Shown here piece after piece: positions 20,685 to 31,313 of a stretch of 64,000 bases of DNA (its first letter is position 1; each line of letters opens with the position of its first letter). The stretch lies in NCBI GenBank assembly GCA_963717465.1, contig OY970340.1:256001-320000 (forward strand), in the 5' to 3' direction. The stretch is from Candidatus Bathyarchaeota archaeon. Lineage in GTDB: Archaea > Thermoproteota > Bathyarchaeia > Bathyarchaeales > Bathycorpusculaceae. A program made the translations under genes and the position numbers. The notes beneath the pieces were generated by a model. That model did not search any database, was not told the DNA's origin, and saw only the letters and a list, made by a program, of their open reading frames with translations.

Positions 20685-21812
20685 TTATTCGTTAATTCTA
20701 AATTTATTCGCAGGAATTTTTATAGTGAACCGTAGACCCTTGTTAGGTTTCCCGTTTTCCTCGATGGACCAGCCAAAAGAATCAATTATGCACATAGCTA
20801 AATACAGATTATTCTCATTTGCTTTTGCAATGTCTTTTTCAAAGAAATGATTTCTGCTTTGAGTTGTAATTTCTTTTACGTTATCTTCATAAATTAATGA
20901 TAAATCATTTCCGTCAGTTTTATAATAAAATCTTACTTGCGCTTTTCCTCCAGCGTATTTCAAGGTGCAATTAATTAAGTTGTAAATAACTTGACGGAAA
21001 AGTGGATTCGCCAAAACTTCTAATCCTTTAACTTTACAATCTATTTTAACGTTATTTATGCCACTTATTAATTTTGTTGCTTCAACAAATAAGCCATCCA
21101 CATCTACGAAGGATAATGCATCTTTATCTATCTGATGATAGACTGTTTCAAAATTAATAACCGACATGAGATCTCTTGAAGACTCATGCATCATATCTAA
21201 TATCTTTAAAGCTTCTTGATTATCGCTAATTTTTTTCCTTAATAAATAGATATAGCCGTTGTAAACTGCAAGCGTATTTCTGACGTTATATCTAGTCAAG
21301 CTACTAAGTACACGAATTTGGTCAACCAACTTTTCGATTCGTTCTTTTGAAGTTGAAATTGCTTCCACGTAACCAGCAAGTTCAGCCTCTAAATACTTTT
21401 GTTCGGTCAAATCGGTGAAAACAGTGACAGCTCCATTGAATTTACCATCTTTTTTAATTAAAGGATGGATCGTGGCAATGACAGGCACTTCTTGACCATC
21501 AAAGCTATTAACTTTCATTTCAAAAGATAAGCTCCCACCATTACTTATCTCATTGAGAATGTCGCTTGCTTGCTTTTCGGAAATTCCAGGCGATAAGAAT
21601 TCTTCAACACGATGCCCCATGATTTGTGATGCTGATAATCCGAATAATTTCTCTGCACCTTTATTCCAATAGTTTATTATGCCGTCTTTATCAGTTGCAA
21701 CTAATGCTTGCCCTATCGCCTCAAGTAACCGCATTCTATATGGTGAAAGAGTTCTAGCTCGTTTTTGCACTTGATCCTGTATCGCAGGCAAATCAGCTTC
21801 AGCTTCTTGCAT
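20685..21812 (-). CDS. PAS-domain histidine-kinase-like protein with degenerate catalytic motifs
   Basis: PAS domain (D.DG.I.YWNKGAE.LFG); H-box LTRYNVRN; G1 EDNVKEI; G2 ANENNLYL. Confidence 0.85.
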   Translation of the reverse strand: MQEAEADLPAIQDQVQKRARTLSPYRMRLLEAIGQALVATDKDGIINYWNKGAEKLFGLSASQIMGHRVEEFLSPGISEKQASDILNEISNGGSLSFEMKVNSFDGQEVPVIATIHPLIKKDGKFNGAVTVFTDLTEQKYLEAELAGYVEAISTSKERIEKLVDQIRVLSSLTRYNVRNTLAVYNGYIYLLRKKISDNQEALKILDMMHESSRDLMSVINFETVYHQIDKDALSFVDVDGLFVEATKLISGINNVKIDCKVKGLEVLANPLFRQVIYNLINCTLKYAGGKAQVRFYYKTDGNDLSLIYEDNVKEITTQSRNHFFEKDIAKANENNLYLAMCIIDSFGWSIEENGKPNKGLRFTIKIPANKFRINE

Positions 21813-22403
21813 AATAGTGCGTCCAATTGGAAATACTATTTAATTCCAATAAATAGATATTATGAACAGTGGATATTAATTCATAATCAACGGTTTTAAG
21901 AATAATTGATTACGTTTTTATCAAAGTTCTATATAGTAAACATAACATGTTTTACTATTAAGTTAAAAAAATTTCGGGATTAAATTAGCAATTAAGTAAA
22001 TGCTAATCATTTGCTTCAATTTGTTTTAGACTGCTACCTATAATTGATTCAATTTCTTGAAAGCTTTCTGGCAAGATGAATCACTGAAGAACCAGTTATA
22101 ACCCATTTATGATAGCCCTTGTTTCAGAGACAACAAAAACTAAGCTACAGAATAAACAACAATAGCTCTACGCGAGGTTGAAAGTTCACACTCCACCATA
22201 TATCTATATTTACGCTCTTCCAAAGACCAGTAACCAAAAAAATGCGTCTTCAGTCATTCAGTCCAAGAACTGGCAGTTCTAATTACTTTAAAACGTTTGA
22301 TTTCCTTTTTAGATTTTGTTTTGCCGTTATTTGAAGGAAGCGTAAACTATTTTAGTTTACTGGGTATCAAGCATTTCAAATTAAGACTAATAGTGGCGTT
22401 TTT

Positions 22404-23255
22404 ATGACCCGACTGGAAGAAAATGAAAGACAAATTGATGATTACAGAAAGCAAGTTTTGGAACAAGATCAGCAGCTTAAAGTAAGAATGAGCAAAATCA
22501 AGCATAAGATTGCTATCATAAGTGGAAAAGGCGGTGTTGGAAAAAGCACTGTCACAGTCAATCTTGCTGTTACTTTTGCTCTTACCCATAAAGTCGGGAT
22601 TTTAGATGCAGATATTCATGGTCCAAGCATTCCCAAACTTCTCGGTTTAGAGGGTCAACTGGTTAAAGTTGGTCCTCCAGGGGCTTTTCCTGTGAAGGGT
22701 CCATCAGGCATAAAAGTCATGTCCATCGACTTTTTTTTAGCTGAACAAATGCCCGCCATCTGGCGTGGTCCTCTTAAGATGAGAGCTATTAAGCAGTTTT
22801 TGTCAGAAATTGTATGGGGCGAACTTGATTTTCTTTTTATTGATCTTCCGCCAGGAACAGGTGATGAACCGCTAAGCATCGCTCAGTTTTTGCCTGAAAT
22901 GGACGGAGTGATCATTGTCACAATGCCTTCCGAGCTTTCAAGTTCAATCGTTATAAAAGCCATCAAATTCGCTCAAAAATTAAACTTATCAATCATAGGC
23001 GTTGTAGAAAATATGAGCGGCTTCATTTGTCCCTTTTGCGGTGAAAAAACAGATATTTTCCGATCTGGCGGCGGAAAAGCAATGGCTGAGCAAGCAGGAG
23101 TACCATTCCTGGGAAGTATACCGATTGATCCCAAAGTAACTCTTGACTCAGATAAGGGTAAACCATTCGTCATTGAACATGAGGATTCCCCTGCAGCAAA
23201 AGCCATGGTGGAAATAGCCAAAAAAGTTGAAACAATTCTAAACAAAGCAAAATAA
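22404..23255 (+). CDS. mrp: Mrp/NBP35 Fe-S cluster carrier ATPase
   Basis: SGKGGVGKST, DADIHGPS, WRGP, DLPPGTGD, ENMS.F.CP.C. Confidence 0.95.
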   Translation: MTRLEENERQIDDYRKQVLEQDQQLKVRMSKIKHKIAIISGKGGVGKSTVTVNLAVTFALTHKVGILDADIHGPSIPKLLGLEGQLVKVGPPGAFPVKGPSGIKVMSIDFFLAEQMPAIWRGPLKMRAIKQFLSEIVWGELDFLFIDLPPGTGDEPLSIAQFLPEMDGVIIVTMPSELSSSIVIKAIKFAQKLNLSIIGVVENMSGFICPFCGEKTDIFRSGGGKAMAEQAGVPFLGSIPIDPKVTLDSDKGKPFVIEHEDSPAAKAMVEIAKKVETILNKAK

Positions 23256-23309
23256 GGTTTAGACTATCTGAAAGAAAGAAAAAAGATTCTTTGCCACATT
23301 TGTCAAACT

Positions 23310-23594
23310 TTATTTCATTAAAGTTATCTCTATCGTTGAAACCATTCTTGACCGGTTTTCGCCTTCTCGCGGGGGCATCTCCACCGTTCCAATATCGACC
23401 TTGCCAACTTTTAGCTCTTTGATAAATCGGTTCCTAGTTATTTCAGCAACGTCAACTGCCGTCGTAATTGCTTGACCTCTAGCCTTAAGCACAACCTCTT
23501 TTGTCACACCTGACGAGAAAGCAGTTATTATTGCTAGCACATAGCTCATAGGTGGTTTATTCCCAACGAAAATTACATCAGATTTTTCAGCCAT
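23310..23594 (-). CDS. albA: DNA/RNA-binding protein Alba
   Basis: VGNKPPMSYVLA, KARGQAI..AVDVAE, VSTIEI. Confidence 0.96.
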   Translation of the reverse strand: MAEKSDVIFVGNKPPMSYVLAIITAFSSGVTKEVVLKARGQAITTAVDVAEITRNRFIKELKVGKVDIGTVEMPPREGENRSRMVSTIEITLMK

Positions 23595-23832
23595 TTTATT
23601 TCCTCCTTTAACACTATCCCCATTTGTTCGTAATGTTGATCATCGCCTCATTGAGAGGAATGATATGGCTGATATATTAGGTAAGCTTCCTTATAAATAA
23701 AATGAAAAAGCAAAAAATCTGCGATTTAACAGCGTTTCTTAAACGCTTTTATCATCGTTTTGAATTTTTTAAAAAAACGTTAAACCTTTATACTTCGCTC
23801 GAAAAGAATGAGTGAAAACAGGAAGCGCATAA

Positions 23833-24603
23833 ATGTCTGTTTCACCAAGCATCCGAGAAGTTTTAGCAAGAAGAATCGCTGGAGAGATAATTCTTTCAGG
23901 GAAACCAGGCGCCACGATGCGTAAATGGCGTGAACTTTTTGCTGTTTCACAAATTAATCTTTCAGAAAAAATGGCGCTTTCCTCATCTGTAATTAGTGAC
24001 TACGAAAGCAGCAGAAGAAAAAGCCCGGGAGCAAAATTCATTCGGCGATTTGTGTTAGCTCTTTTGCAAATCGACGAGGAGAAAGGAAGCCGCTTCACAA
24101 GGGAATTTGCGAAACTGACAAGTTCGCCGAGTATGGCCGTTTTGGATTTAAGAGAATTTCCCATTCCTGTGCGGGTTGAATACTTGTGCAAAGCTATCAA
24201 CGGTGAAGTAGTTGCTTGCAAGGAAAAGTCCGTTCGGGAAGTTAACGGGTACACGGTGATTGATAGTAGAAAAGCAGTTGAAGCTCTATCAGGATTAGAA
24301 TATGCGCAACTTTTCGGGGCTACAACCGAACGAGCATTGGTCTTCACTAATGTAGAAACTGGGTGTTTGCCGATGATGATCGTACGGGTAAGCAGCCTAA
24401 AACCTCGCGTCGTAGTTTTTCACCGCACCAAGCCTGATGAAGAAGCATTAAGATTGGCTGAATACGAGCAGATACCTTTGATTTATTCAACATCACCAAG
24501 CGTTGAGCAACTGGTAAAATCGCTCCGAAAACTTTACCGAATTGCTTTGCGTATCAAGCTTGGGAAAAAACGTGTTCGACCACCGCCGAAAATAAGCGCC
24601 TAA
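23833..24603 (+). CDS. Archaeal XRE-type HTH transcriptional regulator (COG1709-like)
   Basis: IAGEIILS..PG..MRKWRE.F..SQ...S.ISDYE..RRKSPG; GYTVIDS; RAL.FTNV. Confidence 0.85.
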   Translation: MSVSPSIREVLARRIAGEIILSGKPGATMRKWRELFAVSQINLSEKMALSSSVISDYESSRRKSPGAKFIRRFVLALLQIDEEKGSRFTREFAKLTSSPSMAVLDLREFPIPVRVEYLCKAINGEVVACKEKSVREVNGYTVIDSRKAVEALSGLEYAQLFGATTERALVFTNVETGCLPMMIVRVSSLKPRVVVFHRTKPDEEALRLAEYEQIPLIYSTSPSVEQLVKSLRKLYRIALRIKLGKKRVRPPPKISA

Positions 24604-24665
24604 GAAATAACCAGATAGCAAATGATAAAAGGTTGCTGTGTTAACCTCAAAGTGGTAGACAGGTT

Positions 24666-25190
24666 ATGACTAATCGTGGCCTTTATGTTGGCAGGTTTCA
24701 ACCGTTTCATATGGGACATTTAGAAGCTATAAAAGAGGCGTTAGAAGAAATTGACGAATTAGTAATTGTCATAGGAAGCGCTCAGTACAGCCACAACTTG
24801 AATAACCCGTTTACTGCCGGCGAAAGGTTAGTCATGATTCGTCGTTCTTTAGAGGAAGCAGGTGTTGATTACACAAAAGTTTGGATTGTTCCGGTCCCAG
24901 ATGTTCATTTGCACATGCTTTGGGTGAGTGCACTTGAAGGTTACACGCCACACTTTGACAAAGTTTACTCTAACGAACCTTTAACCCGCAGGCTTTTCAT
25001 GGAAGCAGGTTATGAAGTTAAGAGCTTAAAATTATTTGAAAGAAAAGTGTACATGTCGACTGTCATCCGAGAAAAAATGCTAAAGGATGACAGCTGGGCA
25101 AAACTGGTTCCTAAAAGTGTTGCAGACTTCGTTAGGAAGATTGATGGAATCAATCGGATAAGAGATTTGGTGCGCACGGATAAGGGTTAA
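24666..25190 (+). CDS. nadM: Nicotinamide-nucleotide adenylyltransferase
   Basis: GRFQPFHMGH, GSAQ.SH...NPFTAGER. Confidence 0.95.
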   Translation: MTNRGLYVGRFQPFHMGHLEAIKEALEEIDELVIVIGSAQYSHNLNNPFTAGERLVMIRRSLEEAGVDYTKVWIVPVPDVHLHMLWVSALEGYTPHFDKVYSNEPLTRRLFMEAGYEVKSLKLFERKVYMSTVIREKMLKDDSWAKLVPKSVADFVRKIDGINRIRDLVRTDKG

Positions 25191-25212
25191 AGCTAAAAAT
25201 TTTTGTTTAGAG

Positions 25213-25776
25213 TTATATTACAACTTTTTCGTCTGAAGCTTTATGATAGAAGTGCCAAGCAAGCAGAAAAGTAGTTATGACAATGATTACTTGCACAAAT
25301 AATCCGAAGAGCAAGAAGCTAGAAAAAGCTACTAAGTTAATTAGCATATGAAGCATTACGGCAAGCAAATAGTAGGGTAGAGCTCTCTTTTTGGAAATTC
25401 CGTATGCAGTTATGCTTGCACTGGAAGCATGAAAGATTACTCCGGGTATCCTGTCGATTATAGGTACGCCTAACACTACAACATATAATACTAGTTCGGT
25501 GATTCCGAAGCCAAGTCCCACCAGGATTCCTAAGGTTACGATTGATCTTTCTGTTTCGCCATGTCTGTAGAATAGCGGGTATACTTTAGCTAATTCTTCT
25601 ATGAAAGGAGCAAATAATACAGCTGACCAAATTACGGGCAGATAAGCGTAGAACTGGGAGAAAAATAAGGCGAATGGAACACTAACTAATAAGCCGGATA
25701 GTAAGAAGAAAGCCTTTTCTTTTATGTCAGGTTTATGAATTGGAATAACGCATGTGCGTTCTTGGTTAGCTGTCAA
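25213..25776 (-). CDS. PrsW-family intramembrane metalloprotease
   Basis: APFIEELAK, GLGFG.TE, FH, H..IN motifs. Confidence 0.85.
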   Translation of the reverse strand: MTANQERTCVIPIHKPDIKEKAFFLLSGLLVSVPFALFFSQFYAYLPVIWSAVLFAPFIEELAKVYPLFYRHGETERSIVTLGILVGLGFGITELVLYVVVLGVPIIDRIPGVIFHASSASITAYGISKKRALPYYLLAVMLHMLINLVAFSSFLLFGLFVQVIIVITTFLLAWHFYHKASDEKVVI

Positions 25777-25838
25777 AAGGTCATCTTCAACAAGTAATTA
25801 ACCATCAACTTGTTAATCAATTTTACCGCTTAACGGAA

Positions 25839-27214
25839 TCAAAAACCAGCGTTAATAGGGTTAATAGGCTTCATTAATTCCCTTAAAAATACTGTGGCGT
25901 ATGACCCACGGTGCAGCATGAAACTTAGAACAAGCTCATCGCAATTATCAGCAGTCTCTGAACCAGTCCGCAACTCGAAATTCTTAACTGGAGCAAATTA
26001 TTGCCCGCACTCCACCCCGTAGACTAGCCATTGAGAAACCGTTAACTCGAAAATCAGCCACGCCAACGCATTCTTCTTCAAGAACGTCTTGCTCTATTTT
26101 CCCCATAACACCCTTAGACAGTTTCTGTTTAATGCCATACTATTGGAAGGGCGATTCTCATTCTACCAGTCTTTATAGATTCGTTTGTCTTTGCCAAATC
26201 AAGTGAAGAGACAATTCTTGGAGTTTTAACGATTGGCAGTCCTGAACGCTCAACATCAACTACGTAATCTCCAATTTCAGCCTTGCTTAATGACAAGCCA
26301 TGTTTAATTCGTTCGCTTAGGAAACGGTTAAACAAGTATGATTGATATGCCTGAACAAAAAGCTCTTGAAGCTTAACAGGCAATCTTTTAAATGCACCTA
26401 AATAATCATTCGGATGCTCAACTAAGTAATTAATCATCAACCTTTCAAAACGCAGTTGCTTTGGAAAATCCTTTTGAGCCTTCAGAAAATTCATTGTTAA
26501 ACTTAAGTTCCAAACGTGCTTGCCTGGATGCAGGATGCTCATGAACACTTGGCTTAGCAAGAAAAATCATTACGGCTTCTTCAAATAACCCTTTAGAGAT
26601 GGCTTTTCCAACTAAATGTGTTATAGGACGGGTTGTTCCGAAACGTTGATGCCCAAAAAAATTTGGGATACCCCCACATGCTTCCAACTCCAGCATCGCC
26701 TGCTCAACTCTGTCTTTAATTGTTTGATGCGGATAGTTTTATTGATTTTATTTTAATCGTAAAGTGGTTTCCCAGCAGGTAGTATGATGAAAGTGAATTG
26801 CGAACGTATCCAATAGGATGAATTTCTATGTCTTTGACGTTTATTTTTGATACATCTTCAGGTGAAGCTTCTTCAATAGTAACATGCTGAGCGGTTATGG
26901 CTTTAGCATCTTTTATGCCTGCAATTTGAATTCGTTTTCTGATCAATGTTTAACTGTTTAGAAATGTTTTTAATTGCAATAAACGTGTCCCAGTTACGCT
27001 TGACAAGCACGCAAATTAAATATTGTTGCTTTTGAAGGGTGGAGCCTAAAATGCTTTTTGAAACTTCACCTTGAACATTTGCTTTTGAACCATCAACAAG
27101 AACTTCTTCAACAACGAAATCTTCAACAGATTCACGAATAACTCCACCTAAACCCAATGTTTTAGTGCAGTATACTTCTATTCCGAGTTCCTTGTCAATT
27201 TCTGGTACAGGCAA
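25839..27214 (-). CDS. truD: tRNA pseudouridine(13) synthase TruD, several frameshifts
   Basis: EDFVVEE, AGIKDAKAITAQ, GNHFTI, PNFFGHQRFG, AYQSYLFN, GSYATVFLRELMK. Confidence 0.93.
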
Positions 27215-27228
27215 GAATATCTACGCGC

Positions 27229-27591
27229 CTACAATAACGGAAGTTTACCAGTTAGACGATTAATCTTGTCTTCCGGTGCAGGACCAATTCCAAGACACGT
27301 TACTGTACCCGCTGGGATCTCCGTTAACCCCCTATCGACAATCAAAGCGTGAGGCAAACCTAAATCTTTAGCTGCCGCTTCTAACTCACTTAATTCTTTT
27401 TCATCTTTAACCTTAACTGCAATTTTACGTTGACCCTCAAAAAGCCATGCTTCCCACCATTTCTTATGCCGCGCGTAAGCGTCTTGAGCTGCTGAAACAG
27501 CTGCGTGCCCAGCTTGAGCTGCAATTTTGCCTTTGCTCATTTTTAAATCAGCACGAAACACCAGAACTTGCTTATACTCAAATTCACTCAT
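27229..27591 (-). CDS. pth2: Peptidyl-tRNA hydrolase Pth2
   Basis: DLKMSKGKIAAQAGHA, W...GQ.KI, D.GLTEI..GT.T.LGIGP. Confidence 0.96.
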   Translation of the reverse strand: MSEFEYKQVLVFRADLKMSKGKIAAQAGHAAVSAAQDAYARHKKWWEAWLFEGQRKIAVKVKDEKELSELEAAAKDLGLPHALIVDRGLTEIPAGTVTCLGIGPAPEDKINRLTGKLPLL

Positions 27592-27850
27592 AGCCTTACC
27601 GTTATCTCCTAAACATGACATGTCTTATTTTAAAGTTAACGATAGAGCGATTCAGTTAAAGAATTGCTTTCACGTAATTCAGATTAATGAAAGTATGTTG
27701 CATCGATTTTTCAGGATATTTTTTTAACTTAAGTGCGAGCCTTAACGTCATTTGCCAAGAACAAGGCAGTTTGCATCAAAAAACCGATTGATTGATTTGT
27801 TAAAAATATAAAAGGAAGTTTTTATCTACTTTAATTAAAGGGATTTTGAG

Positions 27851-30271
27851 ATGATTAAACAAATTATCAGCTGAAAAACTAAGAAATGAATGCGACGTTA
27901 ATTTTTTGCATTGTGAATCAACCAAGGATCTCAAACCGCTAAGCGAAATCATTGGTCAAGAAAGAGCAGTGCGCTCTTTAAAGTTTGGTTTAGGAATAAA
28001 AAATCACGGTTTTAACATTTACGTTGCTGGTTACCCTGGCACAGGCAGGAAAACTGCAATTAAGAGTTTTGTTGAACAACTTGCTCAAAAACAGCCAGTA
28101 CCGCCAGACTGGTGTTACGTTAACAATTTTGCTAATCAATATGAGCCAAAAGCTATAAAATTGCCAGCTGGAAAAGGGAAAGAGTTTCAAGAAGATATTA
28201 AAAACTTAATTGAAAACATTCGAAATGCATTGCCTAAAGCTTTTGAAAGCGAAGATTACGCAGCTAGAAGAGAAGCAACTCTTAGAGGGTTAGAGAGCCA
28301 AAGGAAAGAATTAATTGATCAATTAAACGCGAAGGCACAACAAGAGGGTTTTGTTATTCAGGCAACGCAAATTGGAGTGCTTCTCATTCCAGTGCTGGAC
28401 GGTAAACCGTTAAGTGAAGAGGAAATAATGGCGTTGCCGCAGAAGATTAAGGATAAACTTCAAGAAAAACACGATAAACTTGAAGTAGAACTCAGGAATA
28501 CAATGAGACAAATTTTAGATATGGAAAGAAAGATTGTTGATGCAGTTAAGAAGCTTAACAGGGAAATTGCGCTTTTTTCTATTGGGAATCAGATTGAAAA
28601 CATTAGAGAGAAGTATAAGGAAATTCCTGAAATTATCGCTTATCTTAAGGATTTAGAAAACGATATTTTAGATAACTTGCAAAAATTTATCAGAATCGGG
28701 GAACCACAGCAACAGCAATCTCACGCTTTCTATGCCTTGGGCAAGGGAAGACCCCTTCAAGAAATATGCTGTTAACGTGATCATTGATAACTCGAACCTT
28801 AAGGGTGCACCTGTAATAATGGAGTTTAACCCAACTTACCCAAACCTTTTTGGCAGGACAGAAAAGGAAGCCCAGTTTGGAGCCCTTACCACTGATTTCA
28901 CTATGATTCGCGCAGGAGCTTTACACAAAGCTAACGGTGGATATTTGATTATTCCGGTTGAACAGTTGCTCCGTAATCCATACTCTTATGACGCTTTAAA
29001 ACGGGATATTAGAGATAGAAATATTTCTTTAGAAGAACCAGAAGAAAGATACGGCTTCCTCAGCGTGAAAACCCTTAAACCTCAACCAATCCCGTTGAAC
29101 GCGAAAATAATTTTGATTGGGAATCCGCAGATTTATCAGGCATTATTCAGTTTGGACATGGATTTCAGAGAACTCTTTAAGGTTAAAGCTGAATTTGACA
29201 CAACAATGGAGAGAAATGACGAGAACGTAAAGTTGTATGGCGCTTTTGTTTGCACGCTTTGCGAAAAAGAGAACCTTAAACATCTTGACGGTTCAGGCTT
29301 TAGCTAAACTCATCGAATTCAGCTCTAGAATAGCTGAAGACCAATACAAGTTGTCAACGCAATTTTCATTAGTTGCTGATGTTATGCGTGAATCAAACTT
29401 TTATGCTGAACAAGAAAACTCACAATTCATAACTGGTAGTCACATTAAAAAAGCGATAGAAGAGAGACTTTACCGTTCAAAGTTGATTCAAGAAAAAATT
29501 CAAGAAATGATTAAAAGAGGATTCTTCCTAATCGACACTGTTTCTGAAAAAGTCGGGCAAGTTAACGGATTATCAGTTATGGGACTTGGCGATTTCGCTT
29601 TTGGAAACCCATCACGTGTCACCGTAAGCATAGGATTAGGACGAGAAGGAGTTATTGACATTGAACGCGAAGCTAAAATGGGCGGCCCAATTCACACTAA
29701 AGGAGTCTTGATTCTCAGCGGTTACCTAAATGACAAATATGCTAAAGATAAACCGTTAAGCCTTTCTGCACGACTTGTGTTTGAACAAAATTATGAAGGA
29801 ATTGAAGGCGATAGCGCTTCAAGCACAGAATTATACTCGATACTGTCAGCGCTTTCTGGGTTACCCATAAAACAAAACATTGCAGTAACAGGCTCAGTTA
29901 ACCAGAAAGGAGAAGTTCAAGCGATAGGCGGCGTAAACGAGAAAATCGAAGGTTTCTTTGAAGTCTGCAAAGTGAAAGGATTCAATGGCAATGAAGGCGT
30001 AATGATACCGGACAGCAACGTCCAAAATCTGATGCTGAAAGAAGAAATAGTTGACGCGGTGAAAGCAGGAAAATTCAACATTTACTCGGTTAAGACTATT
30101 GATGAGGGTATTGAAGTTCTTACTGGAGTAAAAGCAGGAGACCGACGTGCCGACGGAACCTTTGAGGCTGGAACAGTGAATTACAGAGTAAATAAAGAGC
30201 TTGAGAACATGGCTAATAAACTCAGAGAATACCCATTAATTCCAGCGCAAGAGAAAAAAGATGAAAGCTAA
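27851..30271 (+). CDS. Lon-like protease, LonC type, frameshifted
   Basis: IGQERA, DWCYVNNF, GALHKANGGYL, GQVNGL, GDSAS (Ser), EKIEGFF (Lys); P-loop GTGRKT. Confidence 0.9.
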
Positions 30272-30326
30272 ATTTCATTTTTAATTGGCACAATTTTCTA
30301 TTTTTTTTAATATGTATTTCAAATAC

Positions 30327-30539
30327 TTATTCTAAGCAAACAAAGCTTATTTCGTCAAAATCTTTGAAGTGTATTCGGTGCAAACATTTGGCGAAAAATA
30401 AGGGCAAACCGAGACGACGAAAAATGCTTTTCTTACTTTTCCCACTTCTTGCTATAATCTTCTTGATCGGATGGACATTGTACATGCTCGGTGAAGAACA
30501 ATGCAAAACAATCGAATAAGAAGAGAACGATTGCTCCAC
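30327..30539 (-). CDS. Small basic hypothetical protein
   Basis: 70-aa ORF with Cys/His residues and no recognised motif. Confidence 0.35.
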   Translation of the reverse strand: MEQSFSSYSIVLHCSSPSMYNVHPIKKIIARSGKSKKSIFRRLGLPLFFAKCLHRIHFKDFDEISFVCLE

Positions 30540-30688
30540 CTAAAAAAGATAACGTTCACTTTATGCCCAATATATCCAGCGATGAAAAGGAAGTAATAGC
30601 AGAATAAAAAATTTTTCTTTTTTCGTTATTTGCTTTGTTGTTGCCTTTGCACAACCACAACTCCATTTATAGCCGAAAAAGATTTTGT

Positions 30689-30860
30689 TAATGTTGCGAG
30701 AGAAATAGCCATCCAAGAGATACACCCAACAGCTTGGCGGGTCAGCAGTTCCCAAGATGAGGATTCAGGGATCGCTTTCGGGGCTGTTTTTTCGATCCTC
30801 ATCTATGGGAACAGTTGCGATCCGCTAAGCCTTACTTTTGGAAAAGAATTGTTAACATTA
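30689..30860 (+). ncRNA. Putative rod-shaped structured RNA of unknown family
   Basis: Nested pairings 30689-96/30853-60, 30712-19/30835-42, 30732-43/30819-30, 30748-54/30806-12 and 30755-64/30795-804; apical UUCG; non-Watson-Crick pairs are G-U on the + strand; T-run at 30884-89. Confidence 0.7.
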
Positions 30861-30900
30861 TTAGGGATTAAATAGTAATTCTGTTTTTTGTGAGTTAGCG

Positions 30901-31251
30901 TTGGGTTACAAAAATCGCATGCATCCTAAAGTCAGCAATGCCGAAATTGAATTATTCAAAGCGTTAAGTGCTGCAGACTTAACTGGAGGCATGGTTACAC
31001 AAAAAACAATTATCCTTAAGTCAACTATTCCAGACTTCTGTTGGCTTAACAAGAAAAAAGCCGTTTACTTAGATGGACTGCAAGTTCATTCAAAAGAAAA
31101 AACGGAAAAAAGAGATAAAGAAATTGACGGCTTACTGAAAGCGAATGGTTGGGAAGTACTCAGAATCCCATACGATCCGCCTTTGACTGCCGATTCTTTG
31201 AAAGAGATTGTTGAGTCAATAAAACGATTTGTCGGATTCGACGAGGAATGA
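30901..31251 (+). CDS. Small Vsr/DUF559-like endonuclease (PD-(D/E)xK fold)
   Basis: S.AE, IPDF, AVYLDG..VH, RD..ID.LL...GWEVLRI. Confidence 0.85.
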   Translation: MGYKNRMHPKVSNAEIELFKALSAADLTGGMVTQKTIILKSTIPDFCWLNKKKAVYLDGLQVHSKEKTEKRDKEIDGLLKANGWEVLRIPYDPPLTADSLKEIVESIKRFVGFDEE

Positions 31252-31313
31252 GAATAGAATCCAAGATATCACTAAAAGCAAGTTGCTTAAGATTTGAATA
31301 ATATTTGAATTAT

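Noticed and set aside
21859..21887. Fifth copy of the glnA-type operator before the pseudokinase
   Set aside because: Half-sites TTATGAA and TTCATAA are present but with different spacing in very AT-rich DNA; not supportable without a scan
3040..30271. Programmed frameshifting or genome decay as the cause of split genes
   Set aside because: Breaks hit essential single-copy genes, often several per gene, with no shared slippery motif; sequencing indels are the simpler explanation
30689..30860. SRP RNA, RNase P RNA or an H/ACA or C/D guide as the identity of the hairpin
   Set aside because: I could not find the SRP helix-8 motif, RNase P P4 sequences, C/D boxes or a properly placed ACA box
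30561..30875. ORFs 30561-30755 (-) and 30630-30875 (+), and an in-frame TGC-TGA suggesting selenocysteine
   Set aside because: No protein motifs; the read-through frame stops soon after; the RNA fold explains the region better
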